DNA from: Lama glama
Lineage: Eukaryota
Reading direction: 5' to 3'
DNA length: 64,000 bases
NCBI GenBank assembly: GCA_028534125.1
Contig: CM052818.1
Location: 14,572,001-14,636,000 of the forward strand
A model generated the notes under the pieces. The model was given only the letters and a program-made list of their open reading frames with translations. It had not been told where the DNA came from and made no database searches. Below, piece by piece: positions 38,431 to 51,271 of the stretch. A program made the translations under genes and the position numbers. Position 1 is the stretch's first letter. Every line of letters begins with the position of its first letter.

Positions 38431-39747
38431 GCTCTTGGATTGGAAGAATTAATATTGTTAAAATGGCCATACTACCCAAAGCAATCTACAGATTTAATGA
38501 GATCCCTATCAAATTACCCAGGATAGTTTTCACAGGGCTAGAATAAATAATCCTAAAATTTATGTGGACTCACAAAAGACCCAGAGTTGCCAAAGCAATC
38601 CTGAGGAAAAAGACCAAAGCTGGAGGCATAGCCCTCCCAGACTTGAGACAATACTACAGAGGTACAGTAATCAAAACAATGTGGTACTGTCACAAAAACA
38701 GGCATGTGGCTCAACGGAACAGAATACAGAGCCCAGAAGTAAACCCACACACCTATTGTGAATTAATCTTCAACAAAGGAGGCAAGAATATACAATGGAG
38801 AAAAGACAGTCTCTTCAGCAAGTGGTCTTAGGAAAGCTGGACAGCCACAGGTAAATCAAGTTAGAACACTCCCTCACACTATACACAAAAATAAACTCAA
38901 AATGGCTTAAAGACTTAACTATAAGACATGACTCCCCGCAACTCCTAGAAGAGAACAAAGACAAAACAGTCTCTAAATTGTAGTAACATTTTCTTAGGTC
39001 AGTCTCCCAAGGCAATAGAAATAAAAGCAAAAATAAACAAATGGGACTTAATCAAACTTCCAAGCTTTTGCACAGCAAAGGAAACCATAAACAAAGTTAA
39101 AAGGCAACCCATTATACCTAAATAAAAACAAATAAACAAAAAACAAAAAACAAACAAACAAACAAACAACAACCTATGGACTGGGAGAAAATATATGCAA
39201 ATGATGTGACCAAACAAAGGCTTAATTTCCAATATACACAACAGCACATATAATTCAATAACAACAACAACAAAAAAACACAACCCAATTAAAAAAATGG
39301 GCAGGAGACCTAAACAGACATTTCTCCAAAGAAGACATGCATATGACCAATAGGTGCATGAAAAAATGCTCACTATTGCTAATTATTAGAGAACTACGAA
39401 TCAAAACTACAATGAAGTATCACTTCACACCAGTCAGAATGGCCATCATTCAAAAGTCCACAAACAGTAAATGCTGAAGAGGATGTGGAGAGAAGGGAAC
39501 CCTCCTACACTGTTGGTGAGAATGTAATTTGGTGCAGCCACAATGGAAAATAGTATGGAGGTTCCTTAAAAAACGAAAAATAGAGTTGCCATGTGATCCA
39601 GCAATCCCACTGGGTATATATCTAGAGAAAACTCTAATTGGAAAAGATACATGCACCCCAATGTTCACAGCAGCACTATTTATAATAGCCAAGACATGGA
39701 AGCAATCTAAATGTCTAACAACAGATAAATGGATAAAGAAGATGTGG

Positions 39748-39791
<44 letters not shown>

Positions 39792-40267
39792 CTCATACTG
39801 GAATATTACTCAGCCATAAAAAGACTGAAATAATGCCATTTGCAGCAACATGGATGGACCTAGAGATTATCATACTAACTGAAGTAAGTTAGACAGAGAA
39901 AGACAAGTATTATATGATATCACTTATATGTGGAATCTAAAAAAAAATGATACTAATGAACTTATTTACAAAACAGAAACAGACTCACAGACATAGAAAA
40001 CAAACTCATGGGTTACCAAAGGGGAAAGGGGAAGGGAGGGATAAATTAGGAGTTTAGGATTAGCAGATACAAACTACTATATATAAAATAAACAACAAGG
40101 TCCTACTGTATAGCACAGGGAACTATATTTAATATCCTATAATAAACCACAATGGAAAAGAATCTGAAAAAGAATATATCTATATATCTATATCCAAATC
40201 ATTATGTTGTACACCAGAAACTAAAACTAACACAACATTGTAACTCAACTATAATTCAATAAAAAAA
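38431..40267 (+). mobile_element. 5'-truncated LINE-1 (3' part of ORF2, 3' UTR, poly-A), about 1.8 kb, frameshifted, inserted into an L2 relic
   Basis: ORF2-like peptides ([48 protein letters not shown]), ending tcaataaaaaaa. Decayed TSD aagaatgttttcct (38417-38430) / aagaacatttttct (40266-40279), whose TG/CA difference fits CpG decay. Confidence 0.93.
39751..39787. repeat. (CA)n microsatellite inside L1
   Basis: Perfect AC run. Confidence 0.95.
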
Positions 40268-41194
40268 GAACATTTTTCTTTTTAAACTCTTTTAATCTAA
40301 TCTTCAGAATCTTAGTAAGGGACACCACATCCATTCAGGTATTCAGTCTGAAAACTTGGACATCATTTTCTCCCTTCCTTCTGCTTCACCAAGTTCGATT
40401 GTTCTCATATCCCTGGATGGAAGCAGCAATCTCTTTATAACCTAACCTCAGATATAGCATTACTTCTGCTGTGTTCTATTTGTTAGAAGTGAGTTGTTAA
40501 ATACAGACCCCACTCAGGGAAAGGGAAGTCCACATTTGGGGGCCATCTCAGAGGCTGCCCACCGCACTCCCCACTGTGGGAACAGGCTTGGTGACGATTG
40601 CTGGGACCCTTCTGTGGTGCTTGAAGCCCTGCCAAGGTCTTCTCTCCTTACACTGCCACAGGGCCTGGTTGAAGCAGTTGTCAGTTCTTCTTTTGGATTC
40701 CAGTGCTTGGCGTAGGCTTAGCAGTGACCTGTTGAACTGAGTTGAACTGTACCTCTCTAAGCCATGGTGGTGTTGATGGTTGGGACTAAACTGAGATGCT
40801 TTTTGAGCTTTTAGCTCTTAGAGCAAATGACCTATGGAGGAGCATCTCAGGGGTCATTTTTGGTCAATATAGAAAATAGCTGGAATCTGGGATCCTGAAT
40901 GTGTGCAAATGGAAGGTGCTCTGGGTAGGGGTGGGGTAGGCAGTGTGTTGTTGTGGAAAGAACTGAGGACATGGCGTCAGGTGGACTTGTTTGGAATCTA
41001 GCCTTAGTACTAGCTCACTGTGGAGTCTTTGGCAGTTTGTTTCATCACTACATTAGTGTCTGACAGTCATCACTGAAAAAAAGGGTAAAATCTACCTTTA
41101 GCTGTATTGTGAAAATCAAGAGGCTTCTTAAATATGAGTACCTGGCATGTAGGAGGCAACATATTTATTTCTCTTCTCTCTCTTTTCTTCTCAA

Positions 41195-41370
41195 TAAGAG
41201 TCTCAAACTTTAGAGTAACATACAAGTCTTCTGGGAGATGCAGCCCTCACCTCACCTCCAAGAATCTGATCCAATAGCCTGCAAATGGGGCCCATAAATC
41301 TGCATATTTAACTAGGGCCACAGGTGATCTGATGAGGTCATCCAACAACCACACATTGAAAGGCATTGTC
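41195..41370. mobile_element. MER5-like hAT-Charlie relic
   Basis: tctcaaactt...aatctgcatatttaac...caggtgatctgatg...accacacattgaa. Confidence 0.6.
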
Positions 41371-42943
41371 CTAGAGGAAACTAGAACGAGAGTCAAAAAT
41401 AGAAGTCAAAGGATAAGATCTCATATGAATAGCATGGTTCCTTTTCTGGCTATTTTATTATCCAGGTAGATGAGGAGGCGTTGTTAGGAGCAGCCAGATC
41501 ACTTTCCCGAGATGTCAGTCACAGTGACCTAAGGCCAATAAACCACATTTATAGCAAAAGCCTGGTTTTTAAGTTGAATCAGTGTAATCTTCTGTACAGC
41601 CAGATGAGGAAACTGAGGGCCCCAAAAGTGTGCTTTACCCAAATCCATAGTTGTTCATTCATTTGTTGCTTCATTGGTTCATTTAATCATTCATGAAATG
41701 AATTGCCTGGTACATGAAGTTTACATAAAAGTATGGCGCATGTTCTCTGCCCTCAAAAACAAATGTTAAATATGACCATTTGAATGTCTACAAAGGGCAA
41801 CAATAAAGAAGGTGAGGAAAGTATAAACTGAGCTGTAGAAATAACAAGTTCTCTAGCTGCAAGAATATAGGCCATGGGGGTCCAAAATGATTTACTGGAG
41901 CCCTTGTAGGGACTTGAAAAGGAGGGTTGAATTTGAATAGAGTGAGGGGAGGGCATACCAGCTTCCACTTTCATTGAAAACTTCTTTTTTGTTTATTGTT
42001 TTGTGAATTATTATACATGCTTTAGTCTGTAGATGTGTTACTAAATTTTGTCATTCAAACCAGTACCTCTGCACTTTGTTGATGATTATAACATGCTCTA
42101 TTTTCTGGGCAAGCTGGGCACTCTTGTATTTCTTCTTTTCTAGATAATTTATTTTGGTCATCTCACCAAATAATGGTGAGATGGTCATCTCATCTCAAAA
42201 TATTTGGTCATATTTTCCCAGGTACCTTTTAAAATGAATTTCTGATGTTCTACAAAAAAAAATCCATTAGCATTTATAAAGTATCCAATGTGATTAATTA
42301 ATTAAGGAAGAATGAAAATTGCTACAGTACATACTTTTCCTGTTTAAAAACTTTTTAAACTCCTTTCAGGCTTGTTTAGGTGCAGGTGTAGCACACTGGA
42401 TAGGTTTGTGTGGCCACAAAGCATGTGAGGCTGAGATTTTTCTCCAGAATGAGTAGCACTGGTTATCTAACCTTGGTGACCCAGAGGAATATTATCACCC
42501 CAAAGCCAGGAGAGTTCTAGCTCTAGAATTTTCCACCCCACAATGACAACCCTAATTGACAGGGTTAAACTGCAGACTGTTGCCAGGCGCCGAAATGATA
42601 CAGTCAGTGTGTCTCCCAGCCTGATTCCCAAATCAGGTAAAAAGAAAAAGAGAGCCGAGTTCAGTCTGCCTGTGCTCTGACACTGCCTGGCTCTGCAGGT
42701 CTTTCTAAATAGCTCTAGTCAGTTACCTGGGGGATCTGTGAAGATGCTCGATAAAGAGAAAAATTGCTACCATTTATTTAGCTCCTGTTATGTGCTGAGT
42801 TTTGTTTTGTTTTTTACAAATATCAATCCTTAAACCTCACACCTGCTCTGTATTTAAGTATGTTCTCTACCTCCTCTACCTCTTTCTTCTTACAGCAATC
42901 CTATAGGTAATATATTATTAAATTAAGAGTTAAAGATTAATTA

Positions 42944-43521
42944 TTTTTATTAAAGTATAGTCGGTTTACATGTGTTAATTTCTTGTGTACAGCATTGATT
43001 CAGTTATACATATATATATACATATTCCTTTTCATATTCTTTTTCATTATAGGTTATTACAAGATACTGAATATAGTACCCTGTGCTGTATAGTAGGACC
43101 TTGTTATTTATCTATTTTATACATAGTAGCTTGTATCCACAAATCCCGAACTCCCAACTTATCCCTCCGCCTCCTCCTTCCCCACTAGTAACCACAAATT
43201 TGTTTTCTACGTCTGAATTTGTTTCTGTTTTGTAAATAATTTCATTTGTCTCACTTTTTATATTCAACATATAAGTGTTATCATATGGTATTTTTCTTTC
43301 TCTTTCTGGCTTACTTCACTTAGAATGATGATCTCCAGGTCCATCCATGTTGCTGAAAATGGCATTATCTTGTTCTTTTCATGGCTGAGTATTCCCTATC
43401 TATCTATCTGTCTGTCTATCACAACGTCCTTATCCAGTCATCTTTCGATGGACATTTAGGTTGCTTCCAGGTCTTGGCTATTGTAAATACTGCTGCTATG
43501 AATATTGGGATGCATATATTA
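42944..43521 (-). mobile_element. LINE-1 3' end with 16-bp TSD, inserted in a MIR relic
   Basis: Same 3'-UTR type as the 38.4-kb L1. TSD agttaaagattaatta (42928-42943) / agttaaaggttaatta (43522-43537), 15/16 identical. Confidence 0.88.
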
Positions 43522-43740
43522 AGTTAAAGGTTAATTAAATCGCACATTGACACAGAACAGTGAGTGCTCTATTTGACTCCAGCATCCATGCCTTTCTTCA
43601 TCTACTACACGGTCCAGTCCCAACACCAAGCCCAAGGAGACATGAATACAGACACACCTCCATGTACAGACACCTGTCTACACATAAACAGACATGTATT
43701 GTCCAAAACATTGGGAGGTCTGGGCTTCCATTAAGGAAAT

Positions 43741-44280
43741 TGTCGGAGTCCTAGAGAAAGAAAGCAGAGAAAGACAGCTATGGCAGATTCAAGTCTATTT
43801 TTGGAAGACCTGTAATTAAGACTGGAGCCCATGCTCCGCCTACAGAATTTGGGAGAGACCCGCAGAGAAGCCTCTCCAGATGGGACTAGAAACTGTTTTT
43901 CTGCTTGCAGGCTTCATTATTTACCCCCATAGGTGTGAGCTGATTGGTGGGTTCTTATGCAAATGAAGGGTTACTGAGAGGTAAGTTTTGATTGGTGGGT
44001 ATACTGAAAGTGAAAGGGGCTTGTCTAAAAGAGAGAGGGGCGGGGATGAACTTTCCTGCCAGTAGTCCTCAATCAGGGAGGTGGGGGAAGGAAGTTGTTA
44101 TGCAGATAAGATAATTGCTGATTGGTGGGGTTTGCAGAAGGTAGAAGTTGTTACTTGCCATAGGCTAGTCCCGAAATAGCGGCGGATCGGTGAAACGAGT
44201 GGCAGTCGGAGAAACTGAGGTTCGTCTAGCTATCGGAAATAATGACTGTGAGTTCTTCAGGAGAAAGAATATCCGTAACA
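43741..44280 (-). mobile_element. Probable solo ERV-type LTR (family unassigned) with repeated CCAAT modules
   Basis: TGT...ACA termini, 540 bp, three tgattggtggg repeats; no clear TSD. Confidence 0.55.
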
Positions 44281-44300
44281 TTTGCAGTGTGATAGTCTCA

Positions 44301-44686
44301 GGGTGGTGTGGGAGCTGGCTTATATTTGCAAGAGTCAGTTGTTGAATTTTCCGAACTTTTGTGGGCTAAATTCAGCCATTGTTAGAAATGTATCTATATA
44401 AACTTATAATTAAGTACATTTTAGTAAAACAAATGTCATTCTTACAACTCCGTGCTTCCTAATATTTTATTACACTTTACTGTTGCCTCTGCTCTTGCGG
44501 TAGAAATACTGTACAATGTGTGCTTTGAATTCATTGCTTCCCAGCTGACATCCAGTGACATTTTGTCAGTAATTTGAATTTCGCTGTGGGAGTTGCAGCC
44601 ACATAATGGAAATCAGTAAATATCACAAACCAGGGCATAGTTTCTCTACGAGAATCAGTTGTTAAACATTCACCAACACACCACTG
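44301..44686 (+). mobile_element. hAT DNA transposon relic, MER63B-like
   Basis: gtggtgtgggagctggct...gttgttaaacattcaccaacacaccactg; its termini are homologous to those of the 15.9-kb copy. Confidence 0.78.
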
Positions 44687-45469
44687 GGCAGTTCCCATAT
44701 AGTTATTGTAGTGAATTCACTTTATAAGGACATAAACAATCCACAAGCACTAACAAACATCTCCTGTAAGCCCAATAGTGCTCACCACTCAATAGAGACT
44801 TGATCAGAAAGTCAGGAAAACAAGAGTCTGTTAGCAAGTTGGTAAGGTGAGTAGTCAAGTTTCCTTACAATGGAAGAACAGTAGTTCATTCACAAAATTG
44901 TCGCACAGGCTCTTGTGTGAGCTTGACAGTGATCCTGGAAGGTAGACCCATTGCCCTCAGGGAAAACCAAACCTGATTTGTACTATGGGGACAGAAACCC
45001 TGGAATGTGGAGTGTTTTTTCCAGAATAGTCTGCTTCCTGGGCCTCAGTGCTGAGGGCCAAGCGAGGGTAGCCCTGGCTCAGGTGTGGGAACACACATTC
45101 ACAGCAGGTTGTGGGATGTGGTATCTGACTGGCTTTCTTTAATTCACCCTGTACGACTCCTGATTCTGGGCACTGCCAGCCCATTGCCCTGGACCCTGTC
45201 TGTTCTGGGAGGCCTTCACCAAAGGTAAGATTTACTTCCTTCCAGAGAAGGTATCTGGAAACGAGTAAGACAGAATAATTGGGAAGAGATTCAGAAACGA
45301 AACTCATGGCCTCAAATGTAAAATCATGTATCTCTACTTATGCCAAGAGAAGGGGCTGTAATGTAAACTGGAAATTTTAAGGTAAATATGGTCTTAGGGA
45401 TACTGAAAGCTTGGTAAGTCGATACCCATGAGAAGAATATAGGTAAGATTTTTTTGGATATTTATCATC

Positions 45470-46460
45470 AGTTATTTTCATAAAAAAATTAGAAAGTGAT
45501 TCATGTCACTATAAAATGTTTAGACAATATGTAAGATTATAAAGCTAAAAAGGGAGTTGCTTCTTTATCGCAGAATCCCACCTTTCTGGGTATAACCCCA
45601 ATGATGTGTATCCCTCCAGAACTTTACAGACACACACACACACACACACACACTTATCTACATGATTTGAAGATTTTTAAGTAAAAAATAGGATCATACT
45701 ATCTATATAAATAGTTTGGTGACTTGTGCAGTTCACAGTATATCTCTGAGGCTCTAACCCATGCTTTTCATGTACAATAGATAATTCCACTGTATCAATG
45801 AACCATAATGTATTTAAAGAGCTCTCTATTGAAGAGCACTGAAGTTTTCAACTTGCAACTAAAATAACATTGCATATAAACATCCCTATAAATATGCTCT
45901 TTCTTACTTGTGTAGTTTCTGTAGGATGGCTACCGAGGCATAAAATTATAGGATAAAAATGTATGTGCATCTGCAGTTTTGATTTTTGTCAAATTGCCCT
46001 TCAAAAGAGTTGTACCTACTTATTCTCCCACAGCATTATAGTAAAGTACTTGATCCTTATTCCCCTTGATCCTTACCAACATTTTGTATGAACAATCTTA
46101 AATTTTGGCTCAACTCGGGTGAAAACTTGCATCTTGTTCTTATTTTATAATTATTTGATACTGCTTATATATTTTTTGTATTTCTTCTTTAAATTTCCTG
46201 TTCATGCCCTTTTGCCCACTTTCCTATTAATTTGAATGACTTTATTTTACTGATTTGTATGGGTTCCTTATATAGAGCATTTTATATCTTTATATATTAG
46301 GGAATATATTAATATTTTACCATATGCTACAAATGTTTTCTGTCTCTCATTTATCTTTAACTTTATTAAAGGTATATTTTGGGCCATATTAACATTGAAC
46401 ATTCTTTTGTAGAAAAGTCTGATTTGTTCCTTCTGACTTCTGGGCTTGGGGTCGTGTTTT
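45470..46460 (-). mobile_element. Ancient L1 (L1ME-like) fragment
   Basis: gtcaaattgcccttcaaaagagttgtacc...tttcctgttcatgcccttttgcccacttt. Confidence 0.55.
45630..45652. repeat. (CA)n microsatellite
   Basis: Perfect AC run. Confidence 0.9.
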
Positions 46461-47529
46461 GGATATTTTTTAAAGGCTGATAAAGTAACTGGAAAGCCTT
46501 AAGGAGAAGCCTGGAAAATTTGAACTGATTAATGTCATAAAGTGATGGCCAGCATTTACTTAATACTTTACTAGATATTCTATTATGTGGGGAAGCAAAA
46601 CCAAAAAAACAATTTTTCCAAGAAGATTAATTAATAAATAGTTTTTTACAGATCAGGGAAGAAAATGCAGAGAGCTGAGCTGAGCCTTCTGTACACTGCA
46701 AACATGCAGGGAGCAGAGTGAGGGAGGCAAACAGGAAACGGAAAGGATGTCCTAAAGTGTGCATTTCATTACTTGCTCTAGAGCCAAAATTTAGCACCTG
46801 CTTATTCGGTCTTTATTTGCCTCGTAAAAAGAAAAGAAAGGGAATTAGAAATCAGTCAAGTGCTCTGTGTTTGAAAAGTGACCACTATTTTCAACGCCAG
46901 GGCTGTCTCAGTTTTCTCTTTCTGACCCACGTTTTGGATAATGTGTATGACATTCCTCTAAAGGGACCAAAATGGAAACTGGCTGATGTTTCAGTTCTTT
47001 AAATGGAAACAAACAATGTTGTTATTTTGGGAGGAATTATTCTCTGAGAAACTTAGGGCATATTTATTGGTTCTCTAAGCATTGTTTTGCTTTTACTTAA
47101 GATATTAAAATCCTTATGCTCCTTTTGCCCTGAGATAGCTTTTCTTTTAACTTGAAATCCCATCAGTGGCCAAAGTGATTGTCCAAACAGTGATTAAATG
47201 TCATTCTTCAACCAGATAACTCAAATCTAATTACTCAAAATACCTTTTTTGAAATAGGACTCCCAGGACATGGGTAATCATTGCTTGGATAATCTCATAA
47301 TAGAATGAGAAAAAAGAAAAGAAGAAAAGGTTTTCCATTTTCAGCATTTTAGGATCCCATCTGTATGAATTATAGTGTAAAGCAAGAAATGCTCAGACAA
47401 AATTGTAAAACTAGTTACTATGGAGAATATCGAGGACATGAGAGAGAAGCGCATTGCAGGTGGCATCTTGTTTAGTAAAATGCAGGTTAAGATAATTGGA
47501 GAGGAAGCAAAAAACAAAAAACAAACAAA

Positions 47530-48800
47530 AAAAACACCCCAGTACTTCTGATGTCAAATATCTATAAACCGTTGCCTAAGCAACAGGCAGTAAAGAAAGT
47601 GAGCTTGCTCTCTGACACCCAGAAAGCAGTATGACCTCATGGGCAGCCCTGAGACTGGATGTAGAGACACCATGACAGGAACAGAAGGGTAGACATTGAG
47701 CAAGAGAAAGAAACTATTAGGAAGATAAATATATGAGTAGAAATTCAAACCCTGAGGACAGTGCCATGCTGGAGATGAGCTGGGTGCAGACAAGGGGAGA
47801 GGGGGTCAGGAGCAGCACAGAGGTGGGCAACGCCCACCCACCTGATTAGGCAGCTTCAGCTGTTTGGCCATTAAACTAAGTCTCCTTCAGCCCACAGACA
47901 TGGGTGTCAGTCACAGATGCCATGCTCAGGAGTTCTGTCTTCATTCAGTGGAGAGCCACCAACATTATTGAGGGAAGGTGGCCTGCTGGGGGCTGTATTT
48001 TAAGAAGCCACATTATGTTAGGGTGGAGAATGTTCCCTGAATTAGAGCAGCAGCAGTGGGAATCCTAGAAGCACTGAGAGAGTGTATATTGTATGCCAAG
48101 TGGGCTACACAGTAGGCCCTGGAGATGCAGACAAGTAACAGGTACGTGCTACAGAGTGACACGCAAACTGGGAAACAACTGGATGAACAGGAAGGAACAG
48201 TTTGTTCTGCTAGGAGCTTTGGAGAGGGTGATATCTGAGTAGGCCTTGGAGGATTAAAAAAATGTTACAGACGTGGGGGAGGTGTGAAGTCGTGGGCGGT
48301 CCAGGCTGAGGCAACAGTATGGATAAAGGCACAGAAGCATGAACGTGTCTGGCATATTCTGGAAAGAGTGAGTAATTCCAGCTGTGAGCACAGGGCATTG
48401 GGCTAGGGGTGGCCACCTGGGAGAGGCTGCCTGGCTGTGAAGGACTTGTTAGTCCCTTGGGCAGCAGTGGGGAGCTGTTAGGTTTTCGCAAGGCTGAGAC
48501 TGATCAGACATATGTGGATCTGCAAAGACCAAACCCAGCTGCAGTGCAGAGAATGCAGAGGGTGTGAGAAGCTACAGGCAGACAGGTCAGTGAAGAGACT
48601 GTGGATGAGTGGCGTGGTCCTGAGCTAAGGAAGGCGGAGGCAATGGAAATAGGAAACAGGAAACAGATGGATGAAGTAGAACTTGGTGACTAACTGGAGA
48701 TGGAACCTGAAAGTTACCCATCAGATAACCTATGGTGCCACTAACTTAAAGGCAGAAATAAGGGAGGCAGGGATGAGTCTGGTTTGGGACGTAATGAGTG
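47530..48800 (-). mobile_element. L2 fragments
   Basis: aaaggcacagaagcatga...gcagtggggagc...aacttggtgactaactgga. Confidence 0.55.
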
Positions 48801-49450
48801 TTCCAGTATCGATTGTAGTACAATAAATGACTCCAAACTTAGTGGCAGATGATAATAATCATTTTATTATACAGTGGACATGGCTCATCTCTGCTCCCCA
48901 GTCTGGGGCCTCCGCTGGAAAGATGGGGGATGACTCAGATGGCTGGAACAGGAAGAGCTGGAGTTGCAAGAGCTGCTTCCAAGATGAGTTTTTCTCTCAT
49001 GTATCTGGCACCTTGGTGGAGAAGCCTGGAAGGCTGGGCTCCACCGAGGCTGGTTGGAATGCCTGCATGTGGCCTTCTCTGCATGGCAGCCTTGGGGAAG
49101 TCAGAGTCTCACATGGTGGCTTAGTGTGCCAGTGGACAGTTGTCTTTTATGACCTAGCCTGGGAAGTCCAATGTCATCACTTCTGCCTTGGTCTCTTGGT
49201 CTGAGCAGTCACACGCCCACTCAGATTCAAGGCGAGGGGGCACAGACTCCTCTGAATAAGAGGAGTATCAAAAAGTTGTAGGGAATGGTATAGCTTAGGG
49301 GCAGAGTGCATGCTTAACATACACTAGGTCCTGGCTTCAGTCACCAGTACCTCCACTTTAGATAAATAAATAAACCTAACTACCTCCCCAACAAAAAAAA
49401 TTTTAAAAAATGTTTTTAAAGAATTTCAGCCTGTATTTTAAAACCAACAC
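48800..49450 (-). mobile_element. MaLR LTR (MLT1-like) hosting a SINE
   Basis: ccaaacttagtggc...ttttatgacctagcctgggaagtc...cagattcaagg. Confidence 0.7.
49281..49410 (+). mobile_element. tRNA-derived camelid-type SINE (diverged), nested in an MLT1 LTR
   Basis: ggtatagcttagggg...ccagtacctcc...aaataaacctaactacctcccc plus an A tail. Confidence 0.8.
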
Positions 49451-49599
49451 AGTAAGTCTGAGAGAATGAAAACAAGAAGACAAATAAGGGACACTCATAG
49501 ACTCTACAGATCTCAGCACTGATTGACTATTAGGTTAAGTGGGAAGGAAGCCTCCAAGATGAATGCGCACATCGACATTGCCCACGTTATGTAACACTA

Positions 49600-50020
49600 C
49601 TGCTCGGATGAAAGGGCAGACTTGGTCACACTCCCCGGATCTGAATGCCAGCTCCATTGCATATTAACAGTTTGACCAGAAGCGAGTTGCTTCCTGTCTC
49701 GTGTGCCCCACTTTCCTTCTCTGTTGCCCATTTTAATGGGAGTAATAACAGCAGCCTACCTCAGAGGGTCGGTGAGGAGTCCAAGAAGACGTGTGAAGGT
49801 CATGGAACCCTGGCAGGGCGCACAGCACCCACCGTACACGTTAGCAGCTGTTGCTGTTCACAGAGCATTCCACACGGACCGTCTCATTTACGCCTCACGG
49901 GCACTGTCTGACGTAGCCGCTCGCGTTATCAGCGTTCAACAGATGAAGGGAGGAGAGGGGAGGTGACATTCTCAAGGTCACACAGCTGGAAAGTGACTGC
50001 TGGAACTCGGAAACCTCTTT
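49600..50020. mobile_element. Two adjacent MIR fragments in opposite orientations
   Basis: aatgggagtaataacagcagcctacctcagaggg; acagatgaaggg...caaggtcacacagctgg. Confidence 0.6.
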
Positions 50021-51185
50021 CCTGCTTCCCTGGACTCGGCTCTTCCCACGGCAGCCAGCGCAGCTGCTCCCCAGGCAGGAGCCTGCCCAGGCCCACTCCC
50101 GCGCCCACCCACACTGTGGGATTAGCTTCCTGGCAAAGCGCTGTGTTTCTGGCGCTGATGTCGTCCTCCCAGCCAGGAGACGCCGCCGTGGCTCCCTGGG
50201 CCCTCACCCACCGCGGCGTGTCTGAAATTTACTAGAGGCAAGAAGTGACAACTGTGACAGCAGGTGTGACTCCTGCAGGCACCGACCGGGCCTCCCTGCT
50301 TGACATCTCCAGACTGCTGCATTTGCTCTGGAACAGGGGTGGGGTGGAGTTGAGCCCTTTCCCCAAAGCCATAGGAACCCGCGACTGGACACATCAATGC
50401 ACCCTCTCTCCCTCCCTCGGGATCCGGCACCAGAGCGGATGCCGGGTCCAGATGTTCGTGCCGCCGTTCCCGGCCCAGATGGCTGTGGGGATGGGGGTTG
50501 CTGAACAAGACAGGCCTGCCTTTCCCCGAAAAGCTCAACACAAGCCAGCAGCCTGGCGAAGGCTATCAGCCCCAGGGTGGTCCCTGCTGGGTGGCACCTC
50601 TCACTCCCTGGGGCTCTGGCCCAGCATAGGGCTCTTCCCAGTCTCACCCCGCCCCATCTTCCTCTCTGGAGGGAGTGTCAAAAGCGAACAAAGAAATATT
50701 CAGAACAGTGATGGGTTTTTTCCTTCCTCCCCAAGCAGCCTGAAACATTGATACATTGGTGAAAAAATGACTCTCAACCCATCAGAGACCCTGAAACTGT
50801 GGAAAGGAATAACAATGTCGGCTGCTTTCTGTTAAAGGTCACCCTCTAGGCCCTGGGGAATTTTTCCTGAATTACAAAGGAGGAACAGATCAAATGCCTG
50901 TCATAACACACTTCAGAAAACAAGGAGCAACCAGAAGTTTCCATTCATCTAAGGAATCTTTGAAAATCCTGCCTTGGGTGGAGTGACATTTGGTAACAAT
51001 AAAAACAGTTCCCTTGGCAGGCGGCCCTGGGTCCGGCCAACGCTGACCGATGGACTGTGCCTGCAGGGATTGGGCCCCACCTCCCAAGGCTTCCAGGAAG
51101 TTCCCAAGAACATTGGGAACCCTGTCTGGTCTTGGTGGGTCCCAGCCCACTCTCCACCCACATCCCAAGGGAGAACACCTATAAA

Positions 51186-51271
51186 TTTTTTTTGATGGAG
51201 GTACTGGGGATTGAACCCAGGACCTTATGTGATGCTAAGCATGCACTCTACCACTGAGCTATACCCTCCCC
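51186..51271 (-). mobile_element. tRNA-derived camelid-type SINE, short form lacking the second tail module
   Basis: T-run, then gatggaggtactggggattgaacccagg...ctgagctataccctcccc. Confidence 0.88.

Noticed and set aside
50122..51257. Several overlapping 66-168-aa ORFs
   Set aside because: Expected in GC-rich DNA with few stop codons; no homology recognised.
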